A DNA stretch of 64,000 bases from Octopus bimaculoides (taxonomy: Eukaryota), in NCBI RefSeq assembly GCF_001194135.2, contig NC_068981.1:188978250-189042249 (forward strand), given 5' to 3'. The notes beneath the pieces were generated by a model. It saw only the letters and a program-made list of their open reading frames with translations, searched no databases and was not told the origin of the DNA. Shown piece after piece: positions 1 to 13,440 of the stretch. A program made the position numbers and the translations under genes. Positions within the stretch are counted from its first letter, which is position 1, and each line of letters opens with the position of its first letter.

Positions 1-659
1 ATGAGAGCTGAGTAATGTGAAATAAAGAGTCTTGCTCAAGAACACAACACACTATCCAGTCGAAGGATGGAAACTATGATCAGGCAATCATCTATGCATC
101 AGCACAACCACTAGGCTATGTGCCTTCACACTTTCTTACAACATGAATCAAACAAAGTATAAGAGTAATATTTATTTAGTTAAGGAAGAATATGAAACAT
201 CGATGATGCTCATAATCCCAATATATTTCTAATACTATATATATAAAAAAAAATATTGAGTTTTATTTCCTAAACTTCATTTACAAATTCTATGTTTTAT
301 TGCTGTTTTTGGTGGTTATTATAAGGATTAATAAACTGTAATATAGACAGGTTTATAGCTTTTCCATTTAATGTTATTTCCTATATCTGGGTTTCCATGC
401 TGGTTGATTACAGTGTCAGTTTGTTGATTTTGAAAAAAATTTCAGTATAATTCTGCTATAGGAATAAAGCCAGAAATTTTGTTGGAGGAGAATAGTTGAC
501 TACATCAACCCCAAAGCTGAACTGGTATTTTATGTAATCAATCCCAAAAGGATGAAAGATGAAGTCAACCTTGGTAGGATTTGAATTCAGAACATAAAAC
601 CAAAACAAATGTTGCTAAACATTTTCTCCAGCATTCTAACAATTTTGCCAGCTCACTAC

Positions 660-1050
660 TTTACTCTTTTACTAGTTTCAGTCATTTGACTGCGGCCATG
701 CTGGAGCTGTGCCTTCAGTCGAGTAAATCGACCCCAGGACTTATTCTTTGTAAGCCTAGTACTTATTCTATCGGTCTCTATTGCCGAACTGCTAAGTTAC
801 GGGGACGTAAACACACCACCATCAGTTGTCAAGCGATGTCGGGGGTGGGGACGAACACAGACACAAATATATACACACACATATATATACGATGGGCTTC
901 TTTCAGTTTCTGTCTACCAAACCCACTTATAAGGCTTTGGTTGGCTCGAGGCTATAGTAGAAGACACTTGCCCAAGGTGCCACACAGTGGGAATGAACCC
1001 AGAACCATGTGGCTGGTAAGCAAGCTACTTACCACACAGCCACCCCTGCA
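660..1050 (-). mobile_element. tRNA-derived SINE family A
   Basis: About 390 bp; head GCAGGGGTGGCTGTGTGGTAAGTAGC, B-box GGTTCATTCCC, central TG/TA microsatellite, tail CAGTCAAATGACTGAAAC...AAAAGAGT; near-identical copies at 7.46, 13.9 and 27.3 kb. Confidence 0.9.
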
Positions 1051-1078
1051 ACTATAATAATAATAATAATAATAATAA

Positions 1079-1109
<31 letters not shown>

Positions 1110-1129
1110 AAGAAAAATGATAATGATAT

Positions 1130-1225
1130 AAATCCCAATTCAAATGGATCAGGTGTTTGAGCATAACAAATCAGACCTAGTAGTGGTGAACAAAAGTAAA
1201 CCACATGAGTTCTATGTGTAGCTCC
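1130..1225 (+). mobile_element. Fragment of a restriction-like-endonuclease non-LTR element (R4/NeSL-like)
   Basis: IPIQMDQVFEHNKSDLVVVNKSK resembles the (D)F.IQTD..I.H.RPDIVVVDK REL motif; short match. Confidence 0.45.
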
Positions 1226-2789
1226 ATATCAATCTTGGGCATCAGGAATCATTTACACTAAGCATTGTTCTGTGGCTCATGTAGAAGAGCAATGAACCAA
1301 GAGATCTTGATTGTATCTGCTGGAATGTCATTCTACATAAGACTCCTCCCAATTTTGTTGCTTCTTTTTCACCATTAGTTTACTTTTAACACCAAAATGG
1401 GTTGTTCATTCCCTCAAAATTTTCAGCATGTGGTTTGCAGATAAAAAGAATCCTATGGTATTAGGAAAAAAATATCCTCTCAGCCATTGTTGTTGTAGAG
1501 TGCAGTGGTTAGATTTATGGTAACAGTGCAAAGTTAGATGCTCTTCTGATTCTCAGAACTGATTTTATTGATACTTGAGTTATTGAAACTAGCATTAGAA
1601 ATGCCCACAGTGTCCTTATCAATCAATCTATAGTGATGAGGTGATCAACTTCTTGTTATGTTGTCACTGTGTAAAGGAAGTACATCAATTTGGGAATCAT
1701 GAAGCAGTTTTTAAGTCAAGCATAGGCTGCAGATGTACAGATATTTCAGTTGCTCTTAGGAAGAAATGACAGCCACTGCTGCTAAACAGGTTGAAGGACC
1801 TGAGAATTTCAAAGTTCTGAAAATTGTCCTAAGATCAAACTGCAAGAAAACTAATATGTTAATTATCTAACCAGTTATTTCCATACAGTTCTATTATTCT
1901 CCCAGAACAGCAAGGTTATTAAAAATGGATGAAAATAAAATAAATCATTTTGAAACTAGTCTTTCAATTTTTTTATCATCTTTTTTGGTAAAATTACAAA
2001 TGGCTGTAATGTTTATATGTATACATTATATACAACTATGAATGATTATGAATATAGTGTTTTCTACTTTTGCTAATATATATGTTTCTATAAATCATTT
2101 TAAAAGAGCTACATCTTATTTCTTATCTATCTCAGGTTATTTATATAAAATAATATATTTTTAGTTTTTGACACCCAAATATATGCCGTTTAGATACATT
2201 ATAAAAGAAAATTAGTTGAAAAAGAAGCACAGTTGTTGAGGTCAAGATAACCTATGAATTTATGAACAGATTTAGTAAATATTGAAAGAACTTTAAATGT
2301 GAACTATTTTCCTACATACCAAACAGCATTCAGAAGATTCTTCAGCAAGAACTTAGTTCCTTTGGAAAATATTAATGACCTAATTGGAATCCCTTAAAAG
2401 CAGATTATTCTTTATTGATTCTTCATTGAAAAACAAAAAAGAAGCATGAATGAAGTGTGACTATCTGCTGTGAATGTAATTAATGAATTGCATTTATATA
2501 ATGTGAATAAATATTGGCTTTAACAAAAAAACGTTTCCTTTTTACAACTATGCATTTTTCTATGGTTAAAAGAGTTTTTCTGTTCATGTAAATTTAGATA
2601 TTTCAAAAACTGCATCCAAAAACATAGCATCTGATTTTAGTTATATGATATGATAGAGTAGCTTATTTCCTATAAAACTAGCCAAGGCAATAGAATTATT
2701 CAAACAAAAAGCCCCAAATCATTGACATCTGGGTTAGACATGCAACGCCTTAAACTTGACTTGAATTGTTTTTCTTTTGTTATTTACAG

Positions 2790-2930
2790 ATCAATACTTC
2801 AGCACTAGATGCTTTCTTAACCTGCATGGAAGCAGGATACACAAAATACAAAAATCCATATCACAATTTACTCCATGCAGCAGATGTTGCACATACAGTT
2901 CATTATATCTTATCAAGCAGTAAACTAACT
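2790..2930 (+). CDS. PDE1: PDE1 catalytic-domain exon (window exon 1 of 9; gene continues upstream)
   Basis: tttacag|ATC...ACT|gtaagt, phase 0/0; INTSALDAFLTCMEAGYTKYKNPYHNLLHAADVAHTVHYILSSSKLT contains the class I PDE YHN..HAADV metal-binding motif. Confidence 0.96.
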
Positions 2931-5066
2931 GTAAGTTAACATCGAACTTTACCATTTATCTTATTTTTTTCTAATAAAACAACTTTAAAATTTATGATTT
3001 CAGACTAAAAGAAAAAAAAAAATTAAAAAATCTACTCCATTTCTTCAGTATTTATTGTCTGTCGTATTCTAGCTTTTGTTGAATATGTACAAATCATGAA
3101 TGGATTTATAACAAAAAAGAAAGAGAACTCAAAACATGCAGAAATTACCAAGGATCTTGAGTTTGACAAGTGTAACACTTGCCAAAGTCAAGTCACCATC
3201 TTGTGGAAAATCTATTTATATTAGCTTCAGTTAGTGGTAAATCAAAAGATGAAGTAGCAACCCAGTCTGTGGGGTATCCTGCTCTCACTTGTTTTAATAC
3301 CTCAGAAACAGAGATAAGCTCTAGGCTTACAACTCTAGCTTTAATTGCGCACAAACACATGCGTACGCACATGTATGTGTTTTACTTATGGTTTGTTACA
3401 AAATTTGATGTTGACCATGTTTTTCTTCAGTTGAGGATTCTTTGACGACTGTACTTCTTAAATCACAGCAACAATGAAGGGTGCAGCCATGCAGTTGACT
3501 GGAGGATAATGACTGCTACCACCTGTGATGCACTTATTGTGTGCCCTTAACAAGTGAAGAAACAATGGAAATGGTGATATTTTATTGCCATTGAAGCATG
3601 TAAACTCCTCAACCACCACCATAACAACAACCATCCCTGATACCCAAGATCCACGATCTACTTAGCAGAAGATATCAATTCAATAAAGTTTGATAATGGT
3701 GCTGGGAAATGTTAACTTTCTCAATATCACTATTATATCTGTGGAAAAAACAAGTCCAGTGGCACAGGCAAACAAAGATGAGTGGTATCTCAAACCAGCA
3801 ATAGAAGGTTGCCAGATATGCAATGCATATGAAACCATACTATAAAGCTGGCCATTCCAGCTTGTTTTTTCTTTAAGTATATTCCATTACCCTTTGTCTT
3901 CATGGACTCATCCAGAAGGCAGAAGGGCAGTGTAAGTACCATCTAACACATTCCTAGAAAAATTATCTGACACAACCTTGGGTCCATCACCTGCAGAATG
4001 GCCTTACTGCATGCTTACCCACCATCTATGTCATTATGGACTATTGTTAAGTAGTCATGGACCCTATACTGGGCTCATCCATCCTTTTGAAGAGTCTTGC
4101 TTTTGCTCTGCTGTGTTTGAAACAACTCCCCACACCAGGTTAGCCTGTTATGGGTGTGACTTCAGTTGTCAATAACTGACCATGTGACAGGTTGCACTGG
4201 ATTACATGTTATCAGTAGCACTTAAAGTGACTTAACCTAATGTCTGTATGTAAGTGAAAATAATCTAAAACTTATTTGAATAATTGTAAAATGAATCGTA
4301 CAGAGAAGACACTCAGATATAGATTTAATGAGTCGTGAATCAATGTCAGAAAGAAATTGATATGCAATTTTCTTTCAGCATTTCTAAATGTAAACGTCAG
4401 CAATATGCCTTTCAGATGAAAGGTTAGCTTGCACCTTTCCCACAAGTGATCTTTGTAGCAGCTGCATGTAAAGATAAACTAAATAAAACAGAGCTGGGAT
4501 TATGCAATGTTATTACTTCTTCATAAATGGTAGTGTCGTGATATTTTATCTGACAGCTGCTACTGTGATTACCAGTGAAAAAATATATGAAGTTAACCTT
4601 CCATCATTAAGGCACACTGTTCATGTTTTACATTTAGAAATTTTGAAAGAAAGTTGCACATCAGTTTCTTTCTGGTATTGAATTGTGATTTGTTAAATGT
4701 ATAGCTGAAAGTCTTCTCTATTAAATTTATTCTGAATTTATTTGAAATACGTCCAATATTATTTGTATATTTTAATGATTTAAGTTTTGCTTTAGAGATT
4801 GTGTACATTGTAGTTTGTTTAAAATTAACAAGAAGACAAAAAAAAAAACTATTGTCATTGATGAACTATAATCAACTCCCTAATGCTGCTATGTTTGACA
4901 TTACTAAATATTCATATAAAGCTAAAGTTCCAATCCATTCCTCAAAAACCTGTTTTAAATAAATTCCTAATAATAATCTATTCAAATTATCCAAAAGTTC
5001 AAGTAGCACATCGATGATGGTATTATAACTCTCTAAATACTTAGGTTGAAGAATTTCAAAACTATA

Positions 5067-5904
5067 TACGAAGTGTAGCCAAAAAGTATCTAACCTTTGG
5101 CCACACAACAAATAATTTTTAAAAAACTCATCATTTTGATTGAGTCTCCTTCAAAGTATTCGTCTTGGGAGGTCTATACACTTCTGCCAGCATTCTTGCC
5201 ACTGCTGGAAACATTTCTGAAAATGAATTTTTGGGATGCTGTAGAGCTGCCAAATTTTGCTTAATGTCCTCTGTTGACTCAAATATTTTCCTTAAGTGCT
5301 TTTTGTGAGGTTTGAGAATAACCAAAAGTCACAACCAAAACCAAGTGTGGGGAGTAGGAAGCCTGATGGACAAGTGGTGTGTTTTGTTTGATGAGGAATG
5401 CTTGAATGACATGGGCAGAATGAGTGGGTGCCTTGTCATGGTGGGGTCACTTCTGTGGCACAGCTTCACAAAGGCAATAAAAAACCTTTGCAATCATTTT
5501 GACATTTCTGCTAGTCAATGGTCTGCCACAACATGGCTCACTGTCCACTGAGGTGCAGTCATCTTTGAACCGGTTGTACCATTCCTTTATTTGTGTTTTT
5601 CTCAAAGCATCATCTCCAATGGTCTTCTGAATCTTCTCGATAGTCTGGGCATGCGTATGACCAAGTTTTTGGCAGAATTCGATACAGTAACTTTGTACAG
5701 TGCACTTGGTCATCTCGATTCAAAAAGAAAAATTGCACAGCATGCTCTTCATGTCTGTACTCAATGCGTCAATGCAGGTGAATGGTGCAACTTACAAACA
5801 CGAAAATATTTGCGCATACTCAGGAAGGATGTGGCTACCTAATACCCATGCGGATTTTGCACAAAAAAAAAATCAAGGTCGGATACTTTTGACTACACCT
5901 CATA
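5067..5904 (-). mobile_element. Internally deleted mariner (Tc1/mariner) fossil with both TIRs
   Basis: Left TIR TACGAAGTGTAGCCAAAAAGTATCTAACCTT (5067-5097, preceded by TA) matches the reverse complement of 5875-5904 at about 80%. Minus-strand ORF QSYCIEFCQKLGHTHAQTIEKIQKTIGDDALRKTQIKEWYNRFKD is a mariner N-terminal HTH; a C-terminal remnant lies at 5131-5325. Confidence 0.88.
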
Positions 5905-6229
5905 CTCAATTTTGAGTTTCATTTCCTTCTTATGGATAACTGGCAACACTTCATTATTTCTTTCAAATTATTACAAGATTCGAGTGTTATATTGTATAAA
6001 ATTATAATTATTTACCTTAGTGTAAATCATAACCAAAACATTGAAAATTATCTTTTCGTTTTGTTGTGTCAGAAAAAGAGTCATTCTCTTTTAGTCCCTT
6101 ATTATTTAACACACCCACCAGTAAAGTTTCCACTCATTTAATTATCTATTTTTACTAAAATTTCCATTGTGTCTTGCAACCTTTTCTATAGTTGTTGCCT
6201 CTGCCTGTTATCTGAGCTGCATTCTTTTT

Positions 6230-6760
6230 GTTTGTTTGTGCACATGTGTGTGGGTCAGTGTGTGTACGTATGTATGTATGTATGTATGTGTGCATGCATT
6301 CGTGTGCATATGTGCATATATTCATGTCTTTGTGTGTGTGTGTGTTTGCATGTGTGTGTGTACCTCTGTCTCCTTGTGTGTGCATGTCTGAGTGTGTCCG
6401 TGTATGGGTTTTTGTGACTACATACTGTGTCTGTATGTATGGATGTGTGTCTCCATATGTATCCTTGTGTGAAGTGAAGTGTGTGTGTGTGTGTGTGGAC
6501 ACATGTTTCTGTCTTCATTTGCATATGTATGTATGTGTGCTTGTCTGTTCATACTACCTATGTATCTATCTGTCTGTATGTCTATCTGTTTACATTCATA
6601 TCCATTTACCTACACACCTGTGCACATACATATACGTATACACACACACACACACACACATATATACATCTACATAACAGCCCATCCATTTACCTACATA
6701 CATGTGCACATACATACACACACATGCACATACATCTACATAACAGCCCACTAACTATTC
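6230..6760. repeat. Compound (TG)n/(ATGT)n/(CA)n microsatellite with a short tandem duplication
   Basis: CATCTACATAACAGCCCA and TCCATTTACCTACA each occur twice within 6600-6750. Confidence 0.9.
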
Positions 6761-6846
6761 TACCTGTATATATGTTTTTATATTTAAATCCATTTTGCTC
6801 CAACTGATTGTGTTTTTTCTACAAGTATTCATGCTTAAATTTTCAG

Positions 6847-6947
6847 AACTGGCTTACAGACCTTGAAATCTTTGCCACAATAATAGCTGCCTTGGTTCAT
6901 GATTATGAACACACTGGAACAACAAACAATTTTCACATAAATACAGG
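6847..6947 (+). CDS. PDE1: PDE1 window exon 2
   Basis: tttcag|AAC...GG|gtaatt; NWLTDLEIFATIIAALVHDYEHTGTTNNFHINTG; HDYEHTGTTNNFH is the PDE1-type form of the PDEase signature. Confidence 0.97.
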
Positions 6948-7459
6948 GTAATTATACGATAAAAAAATTATATAGTTTCTTTTAACTTTATTTCAGAGAA
7001 ACAACATTTAAAAAAACTTTTTAACTGCAGAGAACATCAACAACTACAGTGATATGACAACAAATATCAACATATAAACACACCATGTTACAAGTAAGAA
7101 ATTCATGTAACAGAAAACTCCAGTTACCAAACAAACTAAGAGGATCAGTAGTTTTCTGGTTTGTGTCAAAATTGCTAAATTAGTTTTAACAACTCTACAA
7201 GAAGTTATTGAAAATCATCCAGAAAAACAGCTGTTATGCATCAACATATAACAAATAAAAGTGTAGTCAAATATATATTTCCTCTGTCTTCACCTTGCAG
7301 AAACTGTATCGCAAGCTCAGCATCAATGATGTCCCAAGATCAGAAGACATTCAAATTTCAAACAGAGCATTATTTGACTAATTATTTTTACCCAATAACT
7401 TGCTGCAAGTATTTCATCTGAACTGATCTAACCTTACCTGATTATGTTTCTCAATCAAC

Positions 7460-7855
7460 TCTCTCTTTACTTGTTTCAGTCATTTGACTGTGGCCATGCT
7501 GGAGCACTGCCTTTAAGTCGAGCAAATCGACCCCCAGGACTTATTCTTTGTAAGCCTAGTACTTATTGTATCGGTCTCTTTTGCCGAACCGCTAAGTTAC
7601 AGGGACGTAAACACACCAGCATTGGTTGTCAAGCGATGGTGGAGGGGACAAACACAGACACACAAACACATATATATATATATACATATATACGACGGGC
7701 TTCTTTCAGTTTCCCTCTACCAAATCCACTCACAAGGCTTTGGTCGGCCTGAGGCTATAGTAGAAGACACTTGCCCAAGGTGCCATGTAGTGGGACTGAA
7801 CCTGGAGCCATGTGGCTGGTAAGCAAGCTACTTACCACACAGCCACACCTATGCA
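7460..7855 (-). mobile_element. SINE family A, full length
   Basis: Collinear with 660-1050 along its whole length. Confidence 0.9.
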
Positions 7856-8469
7856 TACATTTTTATATTTTTTTTTTTTTTGTAATTTAACATTCACTGA
7901 CCAAGAAATGTTCTCAGTTTTAGTTACAATTGAAAATTATTATAAACTGAGAGTGGTGTACCAACACATGCATGCCTTACCCACCACTTGCTTTCATGAA
8001 CTGAATTTTAACACAAAACTGCTACACTCTCCTACATTAAATTCTTCAATCACCAGATACCAAAGTCTTGGTGAATGGCATATTCTCAATTTTTTTTTTT
8101 TTAAGTCTGTACATTGGTGACACCTACACAAATTCTAAATTTACAATTCTTTTCAAAAACCATAATTAATGACACCAGACTTAAGTATTTTCAGAATATA
8201 CATATTATTTATATAATTTTAAGGTAACGAGCTGGCAGAATTATTAGCATGCTGGAAAAACTACTTGGCAGTGTTTTATCTGTCTTCAACTTCTAAATTA
8301 AAATTCCACTGAAGTCAACTTTGCCTTTCATCCTTTCAGAGTCAACAAAATAAATACCAGTTGTATACTAGGATTGAAATAACTGACTAGCCCCTTTCCT
8401 CAAAATTTCAGGCCATGTGCCTATAGTGGAAAGGATTATACATCTAATTTTATATTAACACATATAATG

Positions 8470-9060
8470 CGAGGTGGTGAAGCATGTTCTTCAAACATTG
8501 GGCCTCACAGAGGCAATGACAAGTGATTGAGACCTTTGGTAATATGCTGTGCTTGACAAGGTGGCGAGCTGGCAGAAACGTTAGCATGCTGGGCGAAATG
8601 CTTAGCAGTATTTTGTCTGTCTTTATGTCCTGAGTTCAAATTCTGCCAAGGTTGACTTGGCCTTTCATCCTTTCGGGGTCGATAAATTAAGTACCAATTG
8701 TGTACTGGGATCGATTTAATCAACTGGCTCCCTCCCTAAAAATTTCAGGCCTTGTGCTTAGAGTAGAAAAGGATATGCTGTGCTTGAGAAGACTTTTCAA
8801 GCCAAGTGAAATTGTAGTCGTGGCTGATGCCAGTGTCACATGACTAGTGCCCTTGCCAGTAGCACATAAAGGTACCTGTACTGGTGGCTCATAAAAAGTA
8901 CTCTCGGAGTGGTTGGCATTAGGAAGGACATTCAGCTATAGAAACCAAACCGAAATCAGACTAAAATTTGGTGCAGCTCTCTGGCTTACCAGTTCCAGTC
9001 AAACTGTCCAACCCATGCCAGCATGGGAAGCTGATGATGATGATGAGGAGGAAGAGGATG
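8470..9060 (+). mobile_element. RTE-type LINE 3' end interrupted by a SINE
   Basis: Homologous to the RTE tails at 20.2-20.64 kb and 50.4-50.83 kb, ending in a (GAT)n tail; SINE inserted at 8557-8772. Confidence 0.8.
8557..8772 (+). mobile_element. tRNA-derived SINE family B with 15-bp TSD
   Basis: Head GGTGGCGAGCTGGCAGAAACGTTAGC, B-box GAGTTCAAATTC; ATATGCTGTGCTTGA flanks both sides (8542-8556 and 8773-8787). Confidence 0.9.
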
Positions 9061-9993
9061 AATGCTGTTAAGCAGATCATGTTTATACTACTTGCCTCTC
9101 TTTTTATTCCTAATATTGTGATTATTTTTTTCTTAATTTGTTAATTTGTTTGCAAAATAATATTCTAATTAACAAGTCCTTTATATAATAACATTAATTA
9201 AGAGTGTGAAGGCACTTGGTTTAATGGTTAGGGTGTTGTGCTCGTAATCATAAGATTATGAGCTTGATTCCTTGTGTCATATTGTATCCTTGAGCAAAAC
9301 ACTTTGTTTCACAATTCCCCAGTCCACTCACCTGGTGAAAATGAGTTGTATCTGTAATTCAAAGGGCCAGCCGTGTCACATTTTGTGTCAAGCTGATTCT
9401 TCCTGAGAACTACATTAAGGGTATACATGTCTGTGGAATACTCAGCCACTTACACACTAATTTCACAAGCAGGCTCTTCTGTCAATCAGATCAACTGGAA
9501 CACTCTTCGTCGTGACTGACGGAGCACCAGTTTAATTAAAAGTAACCTAATTTATCATTACCACAACCTTACTGCTTCATGATAAATGCATTTGAAAAGA
9601 ATCCCATCTCAAGGATCCATAATTTTTCATCCATTTAATCAATAACCAGTTAATCAGCTTTAATCCTATACAATCCTATGCAAATAACATCATTCTCCAA
9701 TCCCATATCTTTTAAAAACCATTATCAGTCCATCTTAGATATTGACAGTTACCACTAGATCCCAATTTGTACAATCACCGAGGATCTTCCCAACATCTCT
9801 CAATAGGGATATGTTAATATGGTAATAGAGCTTGCAATACTAAAAGGTAGAATCTGTTTATCTTTTGTTTGTTTCAGTCATTGGCCGGCAAACATACTGA
9901 GGTGCTTGCCTTGAAGAGTGTTAGTTCAACAAATTTACTCCAATTCTATATTGAAGAGATGAGGAATTATGTACAATATTTGCATTTTACAAG

Positions 9994-10200
9994 TTTCCGA
10001 GTTCGATTCCAGGCAGTGACCATGAATAATGATAATAATAACAACAACATTTAAAAATACCTTAGGAATGAGAATCCAGGTTCGAAATTTCCACAAAAAA
10101 AAAAAAACCTGATGAAGACCGGAGGCAATATCAGCCGAAACGCTTTGTTAACAACAAACAAGATGAGGACAAGTATCTGTCAAATGTAAATAATGTAAAT
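9994..10200 (+). mobile_element. Older copy of the tRNA-head/(AAT)n/hammerhead element (family 1)
   Basis: GAGTTCGATTCCAGGCAGTGACC, (AAT/AAC)n, CUGAUGA at 10109-10115, GAAA at 10137-10140, tail ATGTAAATAATGTAAAT; stems I and II partly broken. Confidence 0.75.
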
Positions 10201-10618
10201 TTACTCCAGTACTTATTTTTTAAGCCTGGCATGTTGGTCTCTGTTGCCGAACAGCTAGGTTATGGGAACATAAACAAACCAACACCAGTTAATTAACAGA
10301 ATGAGATAAAAATCCAAGGCTGTGAAAGATTTCAGAACATTTATAAGGAGATGGTTTTACAGCTGTTTCCAGGATATTTTACATATCCCTTCATTGGAGA
10401 CGGTGCGAGAAAATGGTTAAGCAATAGTTATTCTAGAGAAGATATGAAATAGAGAGTGAAGTGGAGGAATGAAAACAGATGTGAGATATACAGGGATATT
10501 GTATCTGGAGTTACATTATTTAAGCAGAATGGTATACATATGTTTCCTGTATCTTGTAAGTTCTAATAGTATTTACCTGACACCTTTGGGTCATCTTGAC
10601 ACCATCACCACTCATAAC

Positions 10619-10688
<70 letters not shown>

Positions 10689-10793
10689 TATACACACACA
10701 CATACACATACTTTGAAATAAATTCAATATTACATCTAAGAAACTTCATTTTGTTTATTAATTATCTTATATGTTAACAATATTTTCAAACAG

Positions 10794-10919
10794 GTCTGAA
10801 GTTGCTTTATTGTACAATGACAAAGCTGTGCTTGAAAATCACCATGTTAGCGCTGCGTTTAAGTTGCTAAAGTTAGATGAATACAACATTCTTACTGGGC
10901 TCAGTAAAGAAGAATACAG
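10794..10919 (+). CDS. PDE1: PDE1 window exon 3
   Basis: aaacag|G TCT...AG|gtgagt; SEVALLYNDKAVLENHHVSAAFKLLKLDEYNILTGLSKEEYR; phase 2 in and out matches neighbours. Confidence 0.97.
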
Positions 10920-11450
10920 GTGAGTAATCATTTATTAATTCTTTAACATTCATATTACTTTAATTTCATTTTTTCTACTATGTATTAAAAGAAACTAAGT
11001 TGGAATATTCGAATAAGGAAGTTGCTACTTGGTCACTCTATCAGGCAGAAATAGCAGCCAAACTTATCTTAAGTCCCACCCTATTACATCTAAAAGGGAC
11101 AAAATGGACAGCCAACGCCACTGACAGTATGGTCATGGCCAGAAGTGTTGATCACAGTATAACAAGATTTCGGTAATATATAGTTGGAGAAAAGCTGGCA
11201 CAATCATTAGCACACCGGGCAAATGCTTAAGGGCGTTTCATCTGTTTTTATGTTCTGAGTTCAAATTCCATCAAGGCCACCTTTACCTTTCATCCTTTCG
11301 GAGTCAATGAAATAAATACCAGTTGAGTACTGGGGTTGATATAATTGACCTACTCCTCTCCTGAAATTGCTGGTCTCATGCCAAAAATTGACACCAATAT
11401 ACCGTTGTAGTTTATCATATGCAAAACAAAAATAAACTCATGTTTATTAT

Positions 11451-11958
11451 AGGTGCAGGAGTGGCTGTGTGATAAGTAGCTTGCTTACCAACCACATGGT
11501 TCTGGGTTCAGTCCCACTGTATGGCAACTTGGGTGTCTTCTGCTATAGCCTTGAGCCAACCAAATACTTGTGAGTGGATCTGGTAGACAGAAACTGAAGG
11601 AAACCCATTGTTTATATATATATATATATATAATTGTTAAAGAGGACAACAAACATTAAGGCAAGGCAAACATCTCAAACATTATTATTAATCCGTTATA
11701 GCACTTACCTACCATACCTAATCATTTAGATCACCTGTGAACTAAACCCCCATACTTTGTATACATATATATGTGTGTGTGTGTGTTTGTGTTTGTCACC
11801 CACCATCACTTGACAACCAATGTTGGTGTGTTTACGTCCCTGTAAGTTAGTGGCTTGGCAAAAGAGATCAACAGAATAAGTCCTAGGGTCAATTTGTTTG
11901 ACTAAAAGCAGTGCTCCAGCATGGCCACAATCAAATGACTGAAACAAATATAAGAATA
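11451..11958 (+). mobile_element. SINE family A with internal insertion
   Basis: Head at 11451, tail at about 11958, unrelated sequence of about 130 bp within the microsatellite. Confidence 0.85.
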
Positions 11959-12089
11959 ATGTAAAGTACAAGTGAGCTTTCCCAAGATGATTCTGTAATG
12001 CTGTTTACATCTTAGATTGCAAATTACACCTTGACATTGCAGGTAACTTTGAGAGATGTAAACTTAGATAAACTTAGATATGTTTCGAC

Positions 12090-12340
12090 CAAAGATTGGT
12101 CCAGGCCATGTCTAACTTATGTCTATGGTCCATTCAAGTAGTGAGTTCTTATTGAGTGAGTTGTATCCAGGTATGGGTGGCTTGTCTGGTACTCTTTGAA
12201 GAAAGCTGTCTAGACTCCGTTTAAAGCTGATAGGATCTGTTTCCTCTTTTATCTGTATGAATGTCAACACTCCCATTTCCATCATCTCAAAGCCAAAAAG
12301 GATAGTCACTTATTGATTTGTCCAAGTGATTATGAATGAG
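12090..12340 (-). mobile_element. CR1-like LINE extreme 3' fragment
   Basis: ETDPISFKRSLDSFLQRVPDKPPIPGYNSLNKNSLLEW resembles a CR1 ORF2 C-terminus. Confidence 0.65.
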
Positions 12341-12959
12341 CTGATTGTTTGATTTCATTCATTTTACCAGTGTGCAAAAACTTAATCCCTATCTGATAAT
12401 GAGAAGGTGGAAATGAAGAAAATAATAAGGATTAGGATAGGATTATTGTTTGATGAGGTGGGGGTGAGGTTTAGGTCTAAGAATTATGTATGTAAAGAAA
12501 GTCTGGTGGGAGACATCCACTAGTAAGGCTTTGGGGAAAAAAGACAAAGCATATAACTGGTATATTTAGTTTTTTCAGCTCTAACAAATTTCTTATTGTT
12601 CAATATTTTGAAAAGGCTGCCTAAATAGGACAGAAACCAAAAGACTATGATTTAGAAGAAATAAATGTCATTTTAATTTAAAACAACTTATTTTCCTTAT
12701 ATTGAGAATTGTAAACAGACAAGTTTGTTTGAATCTTTGATATTATTGTTATTAATATAACATTGATGGGCATTAATGAATAATCTGTCCATGTCTGAAA
12801 CTAATTAATGTTCATTCATTTATGAACTAATATCAAATACTCAAACATCAGCTTTGTTTTATGTTTCATAAAGAATAGTTTCTTTCTTTTCTTTTTTTAT
12901 TCTTTTTTTTTTTCAAGAAAATTATCATAATGGATTTTCACAAGGGAAATAGATTAACA

Positions 12960-13440
12960 GATCAGAAATAGATTCTAGGTAATACCCAGTAGACTGTTTA
13001 GAGGTAATTGATAGCGTCTATTACCTAGGTGACCATTAACAGTGGAGGTAGATATTCTGAAAGCATAATTGCAGAGCAAGAGCTGGTCAGAAAACTTTCA
13101 GAGAACTTATTACCCCTGCTGGCAACAAAGAGTGTCTCTGTTGATGTGAGGGTAGATTGTACAATAGATGTTGGCCTTGAATTCAGATGATTTGCAAAGA
13201 TAAAAATGAAACGACACAAGCATGCTTCAGTAAATGTGTAATGCCAGACTATAAATGTGCATAGAGAAAAACTGGACGTAAGATAAATCAGATGTCGCAT
13301 GCAAGAGAGAAGAGTCTGCTAGAGCGGGCATGTAACCTGGAAGATGATAGCTTATGACATAGGATGAAGTGGGAAAGAATGAAGTTGCTAAGCCTCATGG
13401 AGGTTATTACAAAAGAACAAGATGATTTGGTGTCTGGAGA
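12960..13440 (+). mobile_element. Degenerate RTE LINE ORF2 fragment
   Basis: LEVIDS.YYLGD...GG...ELLPLLATK similarity to the copies at 19.6 and 49.7 kb; frameshifted. Confidence 0.75.

Noticed and set aside
2225-2290. TYEFMNRFSKY, reminiscent of the PDE1 YDLLNRY segment expected in the preceding exon
   Set aside because: It is bounded by in-frame stops and has no usable splice sites; the real upstream exon must be outside the window.
6155-6807. Cluster of long His/Thr/Cys/Val-rich ORFs (also 33282-34111, 47645-48028, 16797-17659)
   Set aside because: These are translations of dinucleotide microsatellites or N-gaps.
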